Below, one piece after another: positions 39,171 to 54,800 of a stretch of 64,000 nt of DNA. Location of the stretch: positions 39,184,001 to 39,248,000 of the forward strand of contig OZ024758.1 of assembly GCA_964016885.1 (NCBI GenBank), read 5' to 3'. The translations under genes and the position numbers were made by a program. Numbering within the stretch: position 1 is the stretch's first letter; every line of letters starts with the position of its first letter. Below the pieces are notes generated by a model, which worked only from the letters and a program-made list of their open reading frames with translations, did no database searches and was not told the origin of the DNA. This DNA is from Eledone cirrhosa. Its lineage: Eukaryota.

Positions 39171-42100
39171 ATGAACTTAAATGAATTCTCACCAACAGTG
39201 GAGTGACTTCTGACAGCTAATACCATGAACTTAAATGAATTCTCACCAACATTGGAGTTACTTCTGACAGCTAGTACCATGAACCTAAATGAATTCTCAC
39301 CAACAGTGGAGTTACTTCTGACAGCTAATACCATGAACTTAAATGAATTCTCACCAACAGTGGAGTTCCTTCTGACAGCTAATACCATGAACTTAAATGA
39401 ATTCTCACCAACAGTGGAGTTACTTCTGACAGCTAGTACCATGACTTAAATGAATTCTCACCAACATTGGAGTTACTTCTGACAGCTAGTACCATGAACT
39501 TAAATGAATTCTCACCAACAGTGGAGTTACTTCTGACAGCTAGTACCATGAACTTAAATGAATTCTCACCAACAATGGAGTTACTTCTGACAGCTAATAC
39601 CATGACTTAAATGAATTCTCACCAACAGTGGAGTTACTTCTGACAGCTAATACCATGAACTTAAATGAATTCTCACTAACAGTGGAGTTACTTCTGACAG
39701 CTAGTACCATGAACTTAAATGAATTCTCACCAACAGTGGAGTTACTTCTGACAGCTAATACCATGAACTTAAATGAATTCTCACCAACAGTGGAGTTACT
39801 TCTGACAGCTAATACCATGAACTTAAATGAATTCTCACCAACAGTGGAGTTACTTCTGACAGCTAATACCATGAACTTAAATGAATTCTCACCAACATTG
39901 GAGTGACTTCTGACAGCTAATACCATGAACTTAAATGAATTCTCACCAACATTGGGGTTACTTCTGACAGCTAGTACCATGAACTTAAATGAATTCTCAC
40001 CAACAGTGGAGTTACTTCTGACAGCTAGTACCATGAACTTAAATGAATTCTCACCAACAGTGGAGTTACTTCTGACAGCTAATACCATGAACTTAAATGA
40101 ATTCTCACCAACAGTGGAGTTACTTCTGACAGCTAATACCATGAACTTAAATGAATTCTCACCAACATTGGAGTTACTTCTGACAGCTAGTACCATGAAC
40201 TTAAATGAATTCTCACCAACAGTGGAGTTAATTCTGACAGCTAATACCATGAACTTAAATGAATTCTCACCAACAGTGGAGTTCCTTCTGACAGCTAATA
40301 CCATGAACTTAAATGAATTCTCACCAACAGTGGAGTTACTTCTGACAGCTAGTACCATGACTTAAATGAATTCTCACCAACATTGGAGTTACTTCTGACA
40401 GCTAATACCATGAACTTAAATGAATTCTCACCAACAGTGGAGTTCCTTCTGACAGCTAGTACCATGAACTTAAATGAATTCTCACCAACAGTGGAGTTAC
40501 TTCTGACAGCTAGTACCATGAACTTAAATGAATTCTCACCAACAGTGGAGTTACTTCTGACAGCTAATACCATGAACTTAAATGAATTCTCACCAACAGT
40601 GGAGTTCCTTCTGACAGCTAATACCATGAACTTAAATGAATTCTCACCAACAGTGGAGTTACTTCTGACAGCTAGTACCATGACTTAAATGAATTCTCAC
40701 CAACAATGGAGTTACTTCTGACAGCTAATACCATGACTTAAATGAATTCTCACCAGCAGTGGAGTTACTTCTGACAGCTAATACCATGAACTTAAATGAA
40801 TTCTCACCAACAGTGGAGTTACTTCTGACAGCTAGTACCATGAACTTAAATGAATTCTCACCAACAGTGGAGTTACTTCTGACAGCTAATACCATGAACT
40901 TAAATGAATTCTCACCAACAGTGGAGTTCCCTCTGACAGCTAATACCATGAACTTAAATGAATTCTCACCAACAGTGGAGTTACTTCTGACAGCTAGTAC
41001 CATGAACTTAAATGAATTCTCACCAACATTGGAGTGACTTCTGGCAGCTAGTACCATGAACTTAACTGAATTCTCACCAACAGTGGAGTTACTTCTGACA
41101 GCTAGTACCATGAACTTAAATGAATTCTCACCAACATTGGAGTGACTTCTGACAGCTAGTACCATGAACTTAACTGAATTCTCACCAACAGTGGAGTTAC
41201 TTCTGACAGCTAGTACCATGAACTTAAATGAATTCTCACCAACAGTGGAGTTCCTTCTGACAGCTAATACCATGAACTTAAATGAATTCTCACCAACAGT
41301 GGAGTTACTTCTGACAGCTAATACCATGAACTTAAATGAATTCTCACCAACAGTGGAGTTACTTCTGACAGCTAATACCATGACTTAAATGAATTCTCAC
41401 CAACAGTGGAGTTACTTCTGACAGCTAGTACCATGAACTTAAATGAATTCTCACCAACAGTGGAGTTCCTTCTGACAGCTAATACCATGAACTTAAATGA
41501 ATTCTCACCAACATTGGAGTTACTTCTGACAGATAGTACCATGACTTAAATGAATTCTCACCAACATTGGAGTTACTTCTGACAGCTAATACCATGACTT
41601 AAATGAATTCTCACCAACAGTGGAGTTACTTCTGACAGCTAATACCATGAACTTAAATGAATTCTCACCAACAGTGGAGTTACTTCTGACAGCTAGTACC
41701 ATGAACTTAAATGAATTCTCACCAACATTGGAGTTACTTCTGACAACTAATACCATGACTTAAATGAATTCTCACCAACAGTGGAGTTACTTCTGACAAA
41801 CTAATACCATGAACTTAAATGAATTCTCACCAACAGTGGAGTTACTTCTGACAGCTAGTACCATGAACTTAAATGAATTCTCACCAACAGTGGAGTTACT
41901 TCTGACAGCTAATACCATGAACTTAAATGAATTCTCACCAACAGTGGAGTTACTTCTGACAGCTAGTACCATGAACTTAAATGAATTCTCACCAACAGTG
42001 GAGTTACTTCTGACAGCTAATACCATGAACTTAAATGAATTCTCACCAACATTGGAGTGACTTCTGACAGCTAATACCATGAACTTAAATGAATTCTCAC

Positions 42101-45100
42101 CAACATTGGGGTTACTTCTGACAGCTAGTACCATGAACTTAAATGAATTCTCACCAACAGTGGAGTTACTTCTGACAGCTAGTACCATGAACTTAAATGA
42201 ATTCTCACCAACAGTGGAGTTACTTCTGACAGCTAATACCATGAACTTAAATGAATTATCACCAACAGTGGAGTTACTTCTGACAGCTAATACCATGAAC
42301 TTAAATGAATTCTCACCAACATTGGAGTTACTTCTGACAGCTAGTACCATGAACTTAAATGAATTCTCACCAACAGTGGAGTTACTTCTGACAGCTAATA
42401 CCATGAACTTAAATGAATTCTCACCAACAGTGGAGTTCCTTCTGACAGCTAATACCATGAACTTAAATGAATTCTCACCAACAGTGGAGTTACTTCTGAC
42501 AGCTAGTACCATGAACTTAAATGAATTCTCACCAACAGTGGAGTTACTTCTGACAGCTAGTACCATGAACTTAAATGAATTCTCACCAAAAGTGGAGTTA
42601 CTTCTGACAGCTAGTACCATGAACTTAAATGAATTCTCACCAACAGTGGAGTTACTTCTGACAGCTAGTACCATGAACTTAAATGAATTCTCACCAACAG
42701 TGGAGTTACTTCTGACAGCTAGTACCATGACTTAAATGAATTCTCACCAACAGTGGCGTTCCTTCTGACAGCTAATACCATGAACTTAAATGAATTCTCA
42801 CCAACAGTGGAGTTACTTCTGACAGCTAGTACCATGACTTAAATGAATTCTCACCAACATTGGAGTTCCTTCTGACAGCTAATACCATGAACTTAAATGA
42901 ATTCTCACCAACAGTGGAGTTACTTCTGACAGCTAATACCATGAACTTAAATGAATTCTCACCAACAGTGGAGTTACTTCTGACAGCTAATACCATGAAC
43001 TTAAATGAATTCTCACCAACAGTGGAGTGACTTCTGACAGCTAATACCATGAACTTAAATGAATTCTCACCAACAGTGGCGTTCCTTCTGACAGCTAATA
43101 CCATGAACTTAAATGAATTCTCACCAACAGTGGAGTTACTTCTGACAGCTAGTACCATGACTTAAATGAATTCTCACCAACATTGGAGTTCCTTCTGACA
43201 GCTAATACCATGAACTTAAATGAATTCTCACCAACAGTGGAGTGACTTCTGACAGCTAATACCATGAACTTAAATGAATTCTCACCAACATTGGGGTTAC
43301 TTCTGACAGCTAGTACCATGAACTTAAATGAATTCTCACCAACAGTGGAGTTACTTCTGACAGCTAATACCATGAACTTAAATGAATTCTCACCAACAGT
43401 GGAGTTACTTCTGACAGCTAATACCATGAACTTAAATGAATTCTCACCAACAGTGGAGTTACTTCTGACAGCTAGTACCATGAACTTAAATGAATTCTCA
43501 CCAACAGTGGAGTGACTTCTGACAGCTAATACCATGAACTTAAATGAATTCTCACCAACATTGGAGTTACTTCTGACAGCTAGTACCATGAACCTAAATG
43601 AATTCTCACCAACAGTGGAGTTACTTCTGACAGCTAATACCATGAACTTAAATGAATTCTCACCAACAGTGGAGTTCCTTCTGACAGCTAATACCATGAA
43701 CTTAAATGAATTCTCACCAACAGTGGAGTTACTTCTGACAGCTAGTACCATGACTTAAATGAATTCTCACCAACATTGGAGTTACTTCTGACAGCTAGTA
43801 CCATGAACTTAAATGAATTCTCACCAACAGTGGAGTTACTTCTGACAGCTAGTACCATGAACTTAAATGAATTCTCACCAACAATGGAGTTACTTCTGAC
43901 AGCTAATACCATGACTTAAATGAATTCTCACCAACAGTGGAGTTACTTCTGACAGCTAATACCATGAACTTAAATGAATTCTCACTAACAGTGGAGTTAC
44001 TTCTGACAGCTAGTACCATGAACTTAAATGAATTCTCACCAACAGTGGAGTTACTTCTGACAGCTAATACCATGAACTTAAATGAATTCTCACCAACAGT
44101 GGAGTTACTTCTGACAGCTAATACCATGAACTTAAATGAATTCTCACCAACAGTGGAGTTACTTCTGACAGCTAATACCATGAACTTAAATGAATTCTCA
44201 CCAACATTGGAGTGACTTCTGACAGCTAATACCATGAACTTAAATGAATTCTCACCAACATTGGGGTTACTTCTGACAGCTAGTACCATGAACTTAAATG
44301 AATTCTCACCAACAGTGGAGTTACTTCTGACAGCTAGTACCATGAACTTAAATGAATTCTCACCAACAGTGGAGTTACTTCTGACAGCTAATACCATGAA
44401 CTTAAATGAATTCTCACCAACAGTGGAGTTACTTCTGACAGCTAATACCATGAACTTAAATGAATTCTCACCAACATTGGAGTTACTTCTGACAGCTAGT
44501 ACCATGAACTTAAATGAATTCTCACCAACAGTGGAGTTAATTCTGACAGCTAATACCATGAACTTAAATGAATTCTCACCAACAGTGGAGTTCCTTCTGA
44601 CAGCTAATACCATGAACTTAAATGAATTCTCACCAACAGTGGAGTTACTTCTGACAGCTAGTACCATGACTTAAATGAATTCTCACCAACATTGGAGTTA
44701 CTTCTGACAGCTAATACCATGAACTTAAATGAATTCTCACCAACAGTGGAGTTACTTCTGACAGCTAGTACCATGAACTTAAATGAATTCTCACCAACAG
44801 TGGAGTTACTTCTGACAGCTAATACCATGAACTTAAATGAATTCTCACCAACAGTGGAGTTCCTTCTGACAGCTAATACCATGAACTTAAATGAATTCTC
44901 ACCAACAGTGGAGTTACTTCTGACAGCTAGTACCATGAACTTAAATGAATTCTCACCAACATTGGAGTGACTTCTGACAGCTAGTACCATGAACTTAACT
45001 GAATTCTCACCAACAGTGGAGTTACTTCTGACAGCTAGTACCATGAACTTAAATGAATTCTCACCAACATTGGAGTGACTTCTGACAGCTAGTACCATGA

Positions 45101-45950
45101 ACTTAACTGAATTCTCACCAACAGTGGAGTTACTTCTGACAGCTAGTACCATGAACTTAAATGAATTCTCACCAACAGTGGAGTTCCTTCTGACAGCTAA
45201 TACCATGAACTTAAATGAATTCTCACCAACAGTGGAGTTACTTCTGACAGCTAATACCATGAACTTAAATGAATTCTCACCAACAGTGGAGTTACTTCTG
45301 ACAGCTAATACCATGACTTAAATGAATTCTCACCAACAGTGGAGTTACTTCTGACAGCTAGTACCATGAACTTAAATGAATTCTCACCAACAGTGGAGTT
45401 CCTTCTGACAGCTAATACCATGAACTTAAATGAATTCTCACCAACATTGGAGTTACTTCTGACAGATAGTACCATGACTTAAATGAATTCTCACCAACAT
45501 TGGAGTTACTTCTGACAGCTAATACCATGACTTAAATGAATTCTCACCAACAGTGGAGTTACTTCTGACAGCTAATACCATGAACTTAAATGAATTCTCA
45601 CCAACAGTGGAGTTACTTCTGACAGCTAGTACCATGAACTTAAATGAATTCTCACCAACATTGGAGTTACTTCTGACAACTAATACCATGACTTAAATGA
45701 ATTCTCACCAACAGTGGAGTTACTTCTGACAAACTAATACCATGAACTTAAATGAATTCTCACCAACAGTGGAGTTACTTCTGACAGCTAGTACCATGAA
45801 CTTAAATGAATTCTCACCAACAGTGGAGTTACTTCTGACAGCTAATACCATGAACTTAAATGAATTCTCACCAACAGTGGAGTTACTTCTGACAGCTAGT
45901 ACCATGAACTTAAATGAATTCTCACCAACAGTGGAGTTACTTCTGACAGC
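37700..45950 (+). repeat. Tandem duplication with 4309-bp (80-monomer) period; second copy is 7 monomers shorter, so the offset becomes 3933
   Basis: Offset 4309 at 37770/42079, 38517/42826, 39594/43903 and 39925/44234. Offset 3933 at 41164/45097 and 41787/45720. Private variants CACTAAC, GTTAATTCTG and CAGATAGT occur in both copies. Confidence 0.9.
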
Positions 45951-48249
45951 TAATACCATGAACTTAAATGAATTCTCACCAACATTGGAGTTACTTCTGA
46001 CAGCTAGTACCATGAACTTAAATGAATTCTCACCAACAGTGGAGTTACTTCTGACAGCTACTACCATGAACTTAAATGAATTCTCACCAACAGTGGAGTT
46101 ACTTCTGACAGCTAGTACCATGAACTTAAATGAATTCTCACCAACAGTGGAGTTACTTCTGACAGCTAGTACCATGAACTTAAATGAATTCTCACCAACA
46201 GTGGAGTTACTTCTGACAGCTAGTACCATGACTTAAATGAATTCTCACCAACAATGGAGTTACTACTGACAGCTAATACCATGACTTAAATGAATTCTCA
46301 CCAACAGTGGAGTTACTTCTGACAGCTAATACCATGAACTTAAATGAATTCTCACCAACAGTGGAGTTACTTCTGACAGCTAGTACCATGAACTTAAATG
46401 AATTCTCACCAACAGTGGAGTTACTTCTGACAGCTAATACCATGAACTTAAATGAATTCTCACCAACATTGGATTTACTTCTGACAGCTAGTACCATGAA
46501 CTTAAATGAATTCTCACCAACAGTGGAGTTACTTCTGACAGCTAATACCATGAACTTAAATGAATTCTCACCAACAGTGGAGTTACTTCTGACAGCTAGT
46601 ACCATGACTTAAATGAATTCTCACCAACATTGGAGTTCCTTCTGACAGCTAATACCATGAACTTAAATGAATTCTCACCAACAGTGGAGTTACTTCTGAC
46701 AGCTAATACCATGAACTTAAATGAATTCTCACCAACAGTGGAGTTACTTCTGACAGCTAATACCATGAACTTAAATGAATTATCACCAACAGTGGAGTTA
46801 CTTCTGACAGCTAATACCATGAACTTAAATGAATTCTCACCAACATTGGAGTGACTTCTGACAGCTAATACCATGAACTTAAATGAATTCTCACCAACAT
46901 TGGGGTTACTTCTGACAGCTAGTACCATGAACTTAAATGAATTCTCACCAACAGTGGAGTGACTTCTGACAGCTAATACCATGAACTTAAATGAATTCTC
47001 ACCAACATTGGAGTGACTTCTGACAGCTAATACCATGAACTTAAATGAATTCTCACCAACATTGGGGTTACTTCTGACAGCTAGTACCATTAACTTAAAT
47101 GAATTCTCACCAACAGTGGAGTTACTTCTGACAGCTAATACCATGAACTTAAATGAATTCTCACCAACAGTGGAGTTACTTCTGACAGCTAATACCATGA
47201 ACTTAAATGAATTCTCACCAACAGTGGAGTTACTTCTGACAGCTAGTACCATGAACTTAAATGAATTCTCACCAACAGTGGAGTTACTTGTGACAGCTAA
47301 TACCATGAACTTAAATGAATTCTCACCAACATTGGAGTTACTTCTGACAGCTAGTACCATGAACCTAAATGAATTCTCACCAACAGTGGAGTTACTTCTG
47401 ACAGCTAATACCATGAACTTAAATGAATTCTCACCAACAGTGGAGTTCCTTCTGACAGCTAATACCATGAACTTAAATGAATTCTCACCAACAGTGGAGT
47501 TACTTCTGACAGCTAGTACCATGACTTAAATGAATTCTCACCAACATTGGAGTTACTTCTGACAGCTAGTACCATGAACTTAAATGAATTCTCACCAACA
47601 GTGGAGTTACTTCTGACAGCTAGTACCATGAACTTAAATGAATTCTCACCAACAATGGAGTTACTTCTGACAGCTAATACCATGACTTAAATGAATTCTC
47701 ACCAACAGTGGAGTTACTTCTGACAGCTAATACCATGAACTTAAAACGAATTCTCACCAACAGTGGAGTAACTTCTGACAGCTAGTACCATGAACTTAAA
47801 TGAATTCTCACCAACAGTGGAGTTACTTCTGACAGCTAATACCATGAACTTAAATGAATTCTCACCAACAGTGGAGTTACTTCTGACAGCTAATACCATG
47901 AACTTAAATGAATTCTCACCAACAGTGGAGTTACTTCTGACAGCTAATACCATGAACTTAAATGAATTCTCACCAACAGTGGAGTTACTTCTGACAGCTA
48001 ATACCATGAACTTAAATGAATTCTCAACAACATTGGAGTGACTTCTGACAGCTAATACCATGAACTTAAATGAATTCTCACCAACATTGGGGTTACTTCT
48101 GACAGCTAGTACCATGAACTTAAATGAATTCTCACCAACAGTGAAGTTACTTCTGACAGCTAGTACCATGAACTTAAATGAATTCTCACCAACAGTGGAG
48201 TTACTTCTGACAGCTAATACCATGAACTTAAATGAATTCTCACCAACAG

Positions 48250-51200
48250 TGGAGTTACTTCTGACAGCTAATACCATGAACTTAAATGAATTCTCACCAA
48301 CAGTGGAGTTCCTTCTGACAGCTAGTACCATGACTTAAATGAATTCTCACCAACAATGGAGTTACTTCTGACAGCTAATACCATGACTTAAATGAATTCT
48401 CACCAGCAGTGGAGTTACTTCTGACAGCTAGTACCATGAACTTAAATGAATTCTCACCAACATTGGAGTTACTTCTGACAACTAATACCATGATTTAAAT
48501 GAATTCTCACCAACAGTGGAGTTACTTCTGACAACTAATACCATGAACTTAACTGAATTCTCACCAACAGTGGAGTTACTTCTGACAGCTAGTACCATGA
48601 ACTTAAATGAATTCTCACCAACAGTGGAGTTACTTCTGACAGCTAATACCATGAACTTAAATGAATTCTCACCAACAGTGGAGTTCCTTCTGACAGCTAA
48701 TACCATGAACTTAAATGAATTCTCACCAACATTGGAGTTACTTCTGACAGCTAGTACCATGACTTAAATGAATTCTCACCAACTTTGGAGTTACTCTGAC
48801 AGCTAATACCATGACTTAAATGAATTCTCACCAACAGTGGAGTTACTTCTGACAGCTAATACCATGAACTTAAATGAATTCTCACCAACAGTGGAGTTAC
48901 GTCTGACAGCTAGTACCATGAACTTAAATGAATTCTCACCAACATTGGAGTTACTTCTGACAACTAATACCATGACTTAAATGAATTCTCACCAACAGTG
49001 GAGTTACTTCTGACAAACTAATACCATGAACTTAAATGAATTCTCACCAACAGTGGAGTTACTTCTGACAGCTAGTACCATGAACTTAAATGAATTCTCA
49101 CCAACAGTGGAGTTACTTCTGACAGCTAATACCATGAACTTAAATTAATTCTCACCAACATTGGAGTTACTTCTGACAGCTAGTACCATGAACTTAAATG
49201 AATTCTCACCAACATTGGAGTTACTTCTGACAGCTAGTACCATGAACTTAAATGAATTCTCACCAACAGTGGAGTTACTTCTGACAGCAAATACCATGAA
49301 CATAAATGAATTCTCACCAACAGTGGAGTTCCTTCTGACAGCTAATACCATGAACTTAAATGAATTCTCACCAACATTGGAGTTACTTCTGACAGCTAGT
49401 ACCATGACTTAAATGAATTCTCACCAACATTGGAGTTACTTCTGACAACTAATACCATGACTTAAATGAATTCTCACCAACAGTGGAGTTACTTCTGACA
49501 AACTAATACCATGAACTTAAATGAATTCTCACCAACAGTGGAGTTACTTCTGACAGCTAGTACCATGAACTTAAATGAATTCTCACCAACAGTGGAGTTC
49601 CTTCTGACAGCTAATACCATGAACTTAAATGAATTCTCACCAACATTGGGGTTACTTCTGACAGCTAGTACCATGAACTTAAATGAATTCTCACCAACAG
49701 TGGAGTTACTTCTGACAGCTAATACCATGTACTTAAATGAATTCTCACCAACAGTGGAGTTACTTCTGACAGCTAATACCATGAACTTAAATGAATTCTC
49801 ACCAACAGTGGAGTTACTTCTGACAGCTAGTACCATGAACTTAAATGAATTCTCACCAACAGTGGAGTTACTTCTGACAGCTAATACCATGAACTTAAAT
49901 GAATTCTCACCAACAGTGGAGTTACTTCTGACAGCTAATACCATGAACTTAAATGAATTCTCACCAACATTGGATTTACTTCTGACAGCTAGTACCATGA
50001 ACCTAAATGAATTCTCACCAACAGTGGAGTTACTTCTGACAGCTAATACCATGAACTTAAATGAATTCTCACCAACAGTGGAGTTCCTTCTGACAGCTAG
50101 TACCATGACTTAAATGAATTCTCACCAACAATGGAGTTACTTCTGACAGCTAATACCATGACTTAAATGAATTCTCACCAGCAGTGGAGTTACTTCTGAC
50201 AGCTAGTACCATGAACTTAAATGAATTCTCACCAACATTGGAGTTACTTCTGACAACTAATACCATGATTTAAATGAATTCTCACCAACAGTGGAGTTAC
50301 TTCTGACAACTAATACCATGAACTTAACTGAATTCTCACCAACAGTGGAGTTACTTCTGACAGCTAGTACCATGAACTTAAATGAATTCTCACCAACAGT
50401 GGAGTTACTTCTGACAGCTAATACCATGAACTTAAATGAATTCTCACCAACAGTGGAGTTCCTTCTGACAGCTAATACCATGAACTTAAATGAATTCTCA
50501 CCAACATTGGAGTTACTTCTGACAGCTAGTACCATGACTTAAATGAATTCTCACCAACTTTGGAGTTACTCTGACAGCTAATACCATGACTTAAATGAAT
50601 TCTCACCAACAGTGGAGTTACTTCTGACAGCTAATACCATGAACTTAAATGAATTCTCACCAACAGTGGAGTTACGTCTGACAGCTAGTACCATGAACTT
50701 AAATGAATTCTCACCAACATTGGAGTTACTTCTGACAACTAATACCATGACTTAAATGAATTCTCACCAACAGTGGAGTTACTTCTGACAAACTAATACC
50801 ATGAACTTAAATGAATTCTCACCAACAGTGGAGTTACTTCTGACAGCTAGTACCATGAACTTAAATGAATTCTCACCAACAGTGGAGTTACTTCTGACAG
50901 CTAATACCATGAACTTAAATTAATTCTCACCAACATTGGAGTTACTTCTGACAGCTAGTACCATGAACTTAAATGAATTCTCACCAACATTGGAGTTACT
51001 TCTGACAGCTAGTACCATGAACTTAAATGAATTCTCACCAACAGTGGAGTTACTTCTGACAGCAAATACCATGAACATAAATGAATTCTCACCAACAGTG
51101 GAGTTCCTTCTGACAGCTAATACCATGAACTTAAATGAATTCTCACCAACATTGGAGTTACTTCTGACAGCTAGTACCATGACTTAAATGAATTCTCACC

Positions 51201-51860
51201 AACATTGGAGTTACTTCTGACAACTAATACCATGACTTAAATGAATTCTCACCAACAGTGGAGTTACTTCTGACAAACTAATACCATGAACTTAAATGAA
51301 TTCTCACCAACAGTGGAGTTACTTCTGACAGCTAGTACCATGAACTTAAATGAATTCTCACCAACAGTGGAGTTCCTTCTGACAGCTAATACCATGAACT
51401 TAAATGAATTCTCACCAACATTGGGGTTACTTCTGACAGCTAGTACCATGAACTTAAATGAATTCTCACCAACAGTGGAGTTACTTCTGACAGCTAATAC
51501 CATGTACTTAAATGAATTCTCACCAACAGTGGAGTTACTTCTGACAGCTAATACCATGAACTTAAATGAATTCTCACCAACAGTGGAGTTACTTCTGACA
51601 GCTAGTACCATGAACTTAAATGAATTCTCACCAACAGTGGAGTTACTTCTGACAGCTAATACCATGAACTTAAATGAATTCTCACCAACAGTGGAGTTAC
51701 TTCTGACAGCTAATACCATGAACTTAAATGAATTCTCACCAACATTGGATTTACTTCTGACAGCTAGTACCATGAACCTAAATGAATTCTCACCAACAGT
51801 GGAGTTACTTCTGACAGCTAATACCATGAACTTAAATGAATTCTCACCAACAGTGGAGTT
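48250..51860 (+). repeat. Tandem duplication with 1775-bp (33-monomer) period, HOR-B type
   Basis: Offset 1775 = 33x54-7 at 48482/50257, 49145/50920 and 49489/51264. Markers AACTTTGG+TTACTCTG, TTACGTCTG, AAATTAATTC and GCAAATA+AACATAA. Confidence 0.9.
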
Positions 51861-54800
51861 CCTTCTGACAGCTAATAGCATGAACTTAAATGAATTCTCA
51901 CCAACAGTGGAGTTACTTCTGACAGCTAGTACCATGACTTAAATGAATTCTCACCAACATTGGAGTTACTTCTGACAGCTAGTACCATGAACTTAAATGA
52001 ATTCTCACCAACAGTGGAGTTACTTCTGACAGCTAGTACAATGAACTTAAATGAATTCTCACCAACAATGGAGTTACTTCTGACAGCTAATACCATGACT
52101 TAAATGAATTCTCACCAACAGTGGAGTTACTTCTGACAGCTAATACCATGAACTTAAATGAATTCTCACCAACAGTGGAGTTACTTCTGACAGCTAGTAC
52201 CATGAACTTAAATGAATTCTCACCAACAGTGGAGTTACTTCTGACAGCTAGTACCATGAACTTAAATGAATTCTCACCAACAGTGGAGTTACTTCTGACA
52301 GCTAATAAAATGAACTTAAATGAATTCTCACCAACATTGGAGTTACTTCTGACAGCTAGTACCATGAACTTAAATGAATTCTCACCAACAGTGGAGTTAC
52401 TTCTGACAGCTAATACCATGAACTTAAATGAATTCTCACCAACAGTGGAGTTCCTTCTGACAGCTAATAGCATGAACTTAAATGAATTCTCACCAACAGT
52501 GGAGTTACTTCTGACAGCTAGTACCATGACTTAAATGAATTCTCACCAACATTGGAGTTACTTCTGACAGCTAGTACCATGAACTTAAATGAATTCTCAC
52601 CAACAGTGGAGTTACTTCTGACAGCTAGTACCATGAACTTAAATGAATTCTCACCAACAATGGAGTTACTTCTGACAGCTAATACCATGAACTTAAATGA
52701 ATTCTCACCAACATTGGGGTTACTTCTGACAGCTAGTACCATTAACTTAAATGAATTCTCACCAACAGTGGAGTTACTTCTGACAGCTAATACCATGAAC
52801 TTAAATGAATTCTCACCAACAGTGGAGTTACTTCTGACAGCTAATACCATGAACTTAAATGAATTCTCACCAACAGTGGAGTTACTTCTGACAGCTAGTA
52901 CCATGAACTTAAATGAATTCTCACCAACAGTGGAGTTACTTGTGACAGCTAATACCATGAACTTAAATGAATTCTCACCAACATTGGAGTTACTTCTGAC
53001 AGCTAGTACCATGAACCTAAATGAATTCTCACCAACAGTGGAGTTACTTCTGACAGCTAATACCATGAACTTAAATGAATTCTCACCAACAGTGGAGTTC
53101 CTTCTGACAGCTAATACCATGAACTTAAATGAATTCTCACCAACAGTGGAGTTACTTCTGACAGCTAGTACCATGACTTAAATGAATTCTCACCAACATT
53201 GGAGTTACTTCTGACAGCTAGTACCATGAACTTAAATGAATTCTCACCAACAGTGGAGTTACTTCTGACAGCTAGTACCATGAACTTAAATGAATTCTCA
53301 CCAACAATGGAGTTACTTCTGACAGCTAATACCATGACTTAAATGAATTCTCACCAACAGTGGAGTTACTTCTGACAGCTAATACCATGAACTTAAATGA
53401 ATTCTCACCAACAGTGGAGTAACTTCTGACAGCTAGTACCATGAACTTAAATGAATTCTCACCAACAGTGGAGTTACTTCTGACAGCTAATACCATGAAC
53501 TTAAATGAATTCTCACCAACAGTGGAGTTACTTCTGACAGCTAATACCATGAACTTAAATGAATTCTCACCAACAGTGGAGTTACTTCTGACAGCTAATA
53601 CCATGAACTTAAATGAATTCTCACCAACAGTGGAGTTACTTCTGACAGCTAATACCATGAACTTAAATGAATTCTCACCAACAGTGGAGTTACTTCTGAC
53701 AGCTAATACCATGAACTTAAATGAATTATCACCAACAGTGGAGTTACTTCTGACAGCTAATACCATGAACTTAAATGAATTCTCACCAACATTGGAGTGA
53801 CTTCTGACAGCTAATACCATGAACTTAAATGAATTCTCACCAACATTGGGGTTACTTCTGACAGCTAGTACCATGAACTTAAATGAATTCTCACCAACAG
53901 TGGAGTGACTTCTGACAGCTAATACCATGAACTTAAATGAATTCTCACCAACATTGGAGTGACTTCTGACAGCTAATACCATGAACTTAAATGAATTCTC
54001 ACCAACATTGGGGTTACTTCTGACAGCTAGTACCATTAACTTAAATGAATTCTCACCAACAGTGGAGTTACTTCTGACAGCTAATACCATGACTTAAATG
54101 AATTCTCACCAACAGTGGAGTTACTTCTGACAGCTAATACCATGAACTTAAATGAATTCTCACCAACAGTGGAGTTACTTCTGACAGCTAGTACCATGAA
54201 CTTAAATGAATTCTCACCAACAGTGGAGTTACTTGTGACAGCTAATACCATGAACTTAAATGAATTCTCACCAACATTGGAGTTACTTCTGACAGCTAGT
54301 ACCATGAACCTAAATGAATTCTCACCAACAGTGGAGTTACTTCTGACAGCTAATACCATGAACTTAAATGAATTCTCACCAACAGTGGAGTTCCTTCTGA
54401 CAGCTAATACCATGAACTTAAATGAATTCTCACCAACAGTGGAGTTACTTCTGACAGCTAGTACCATGACTTAAATGAATTCTCACCAACATTGGAGTTA
54501 CTTCTGACAGCTAGTACCATGAACTTAAATGAATTCTCACCAACATTGGAGTGACTTCTGACAGCTAATACCATGAACTTAAATGAATTCTCACCAACAT
54601 TGGGGTTACTTCTGACAGCTAGTACCATGAACTTAAATGAATTCTCACCAACAGTGGAGTGACTTCTGACAGCTAATACCATGAACTTAAATCAATTCTC
54701 ACCAACATTGGAGTGACTTCTGACAGCTAATACCATGAACTTAAATGAATTCTCACCAACATTGGGGTTACTTCTGACAGCTAGTACCATTAACTTAAAT

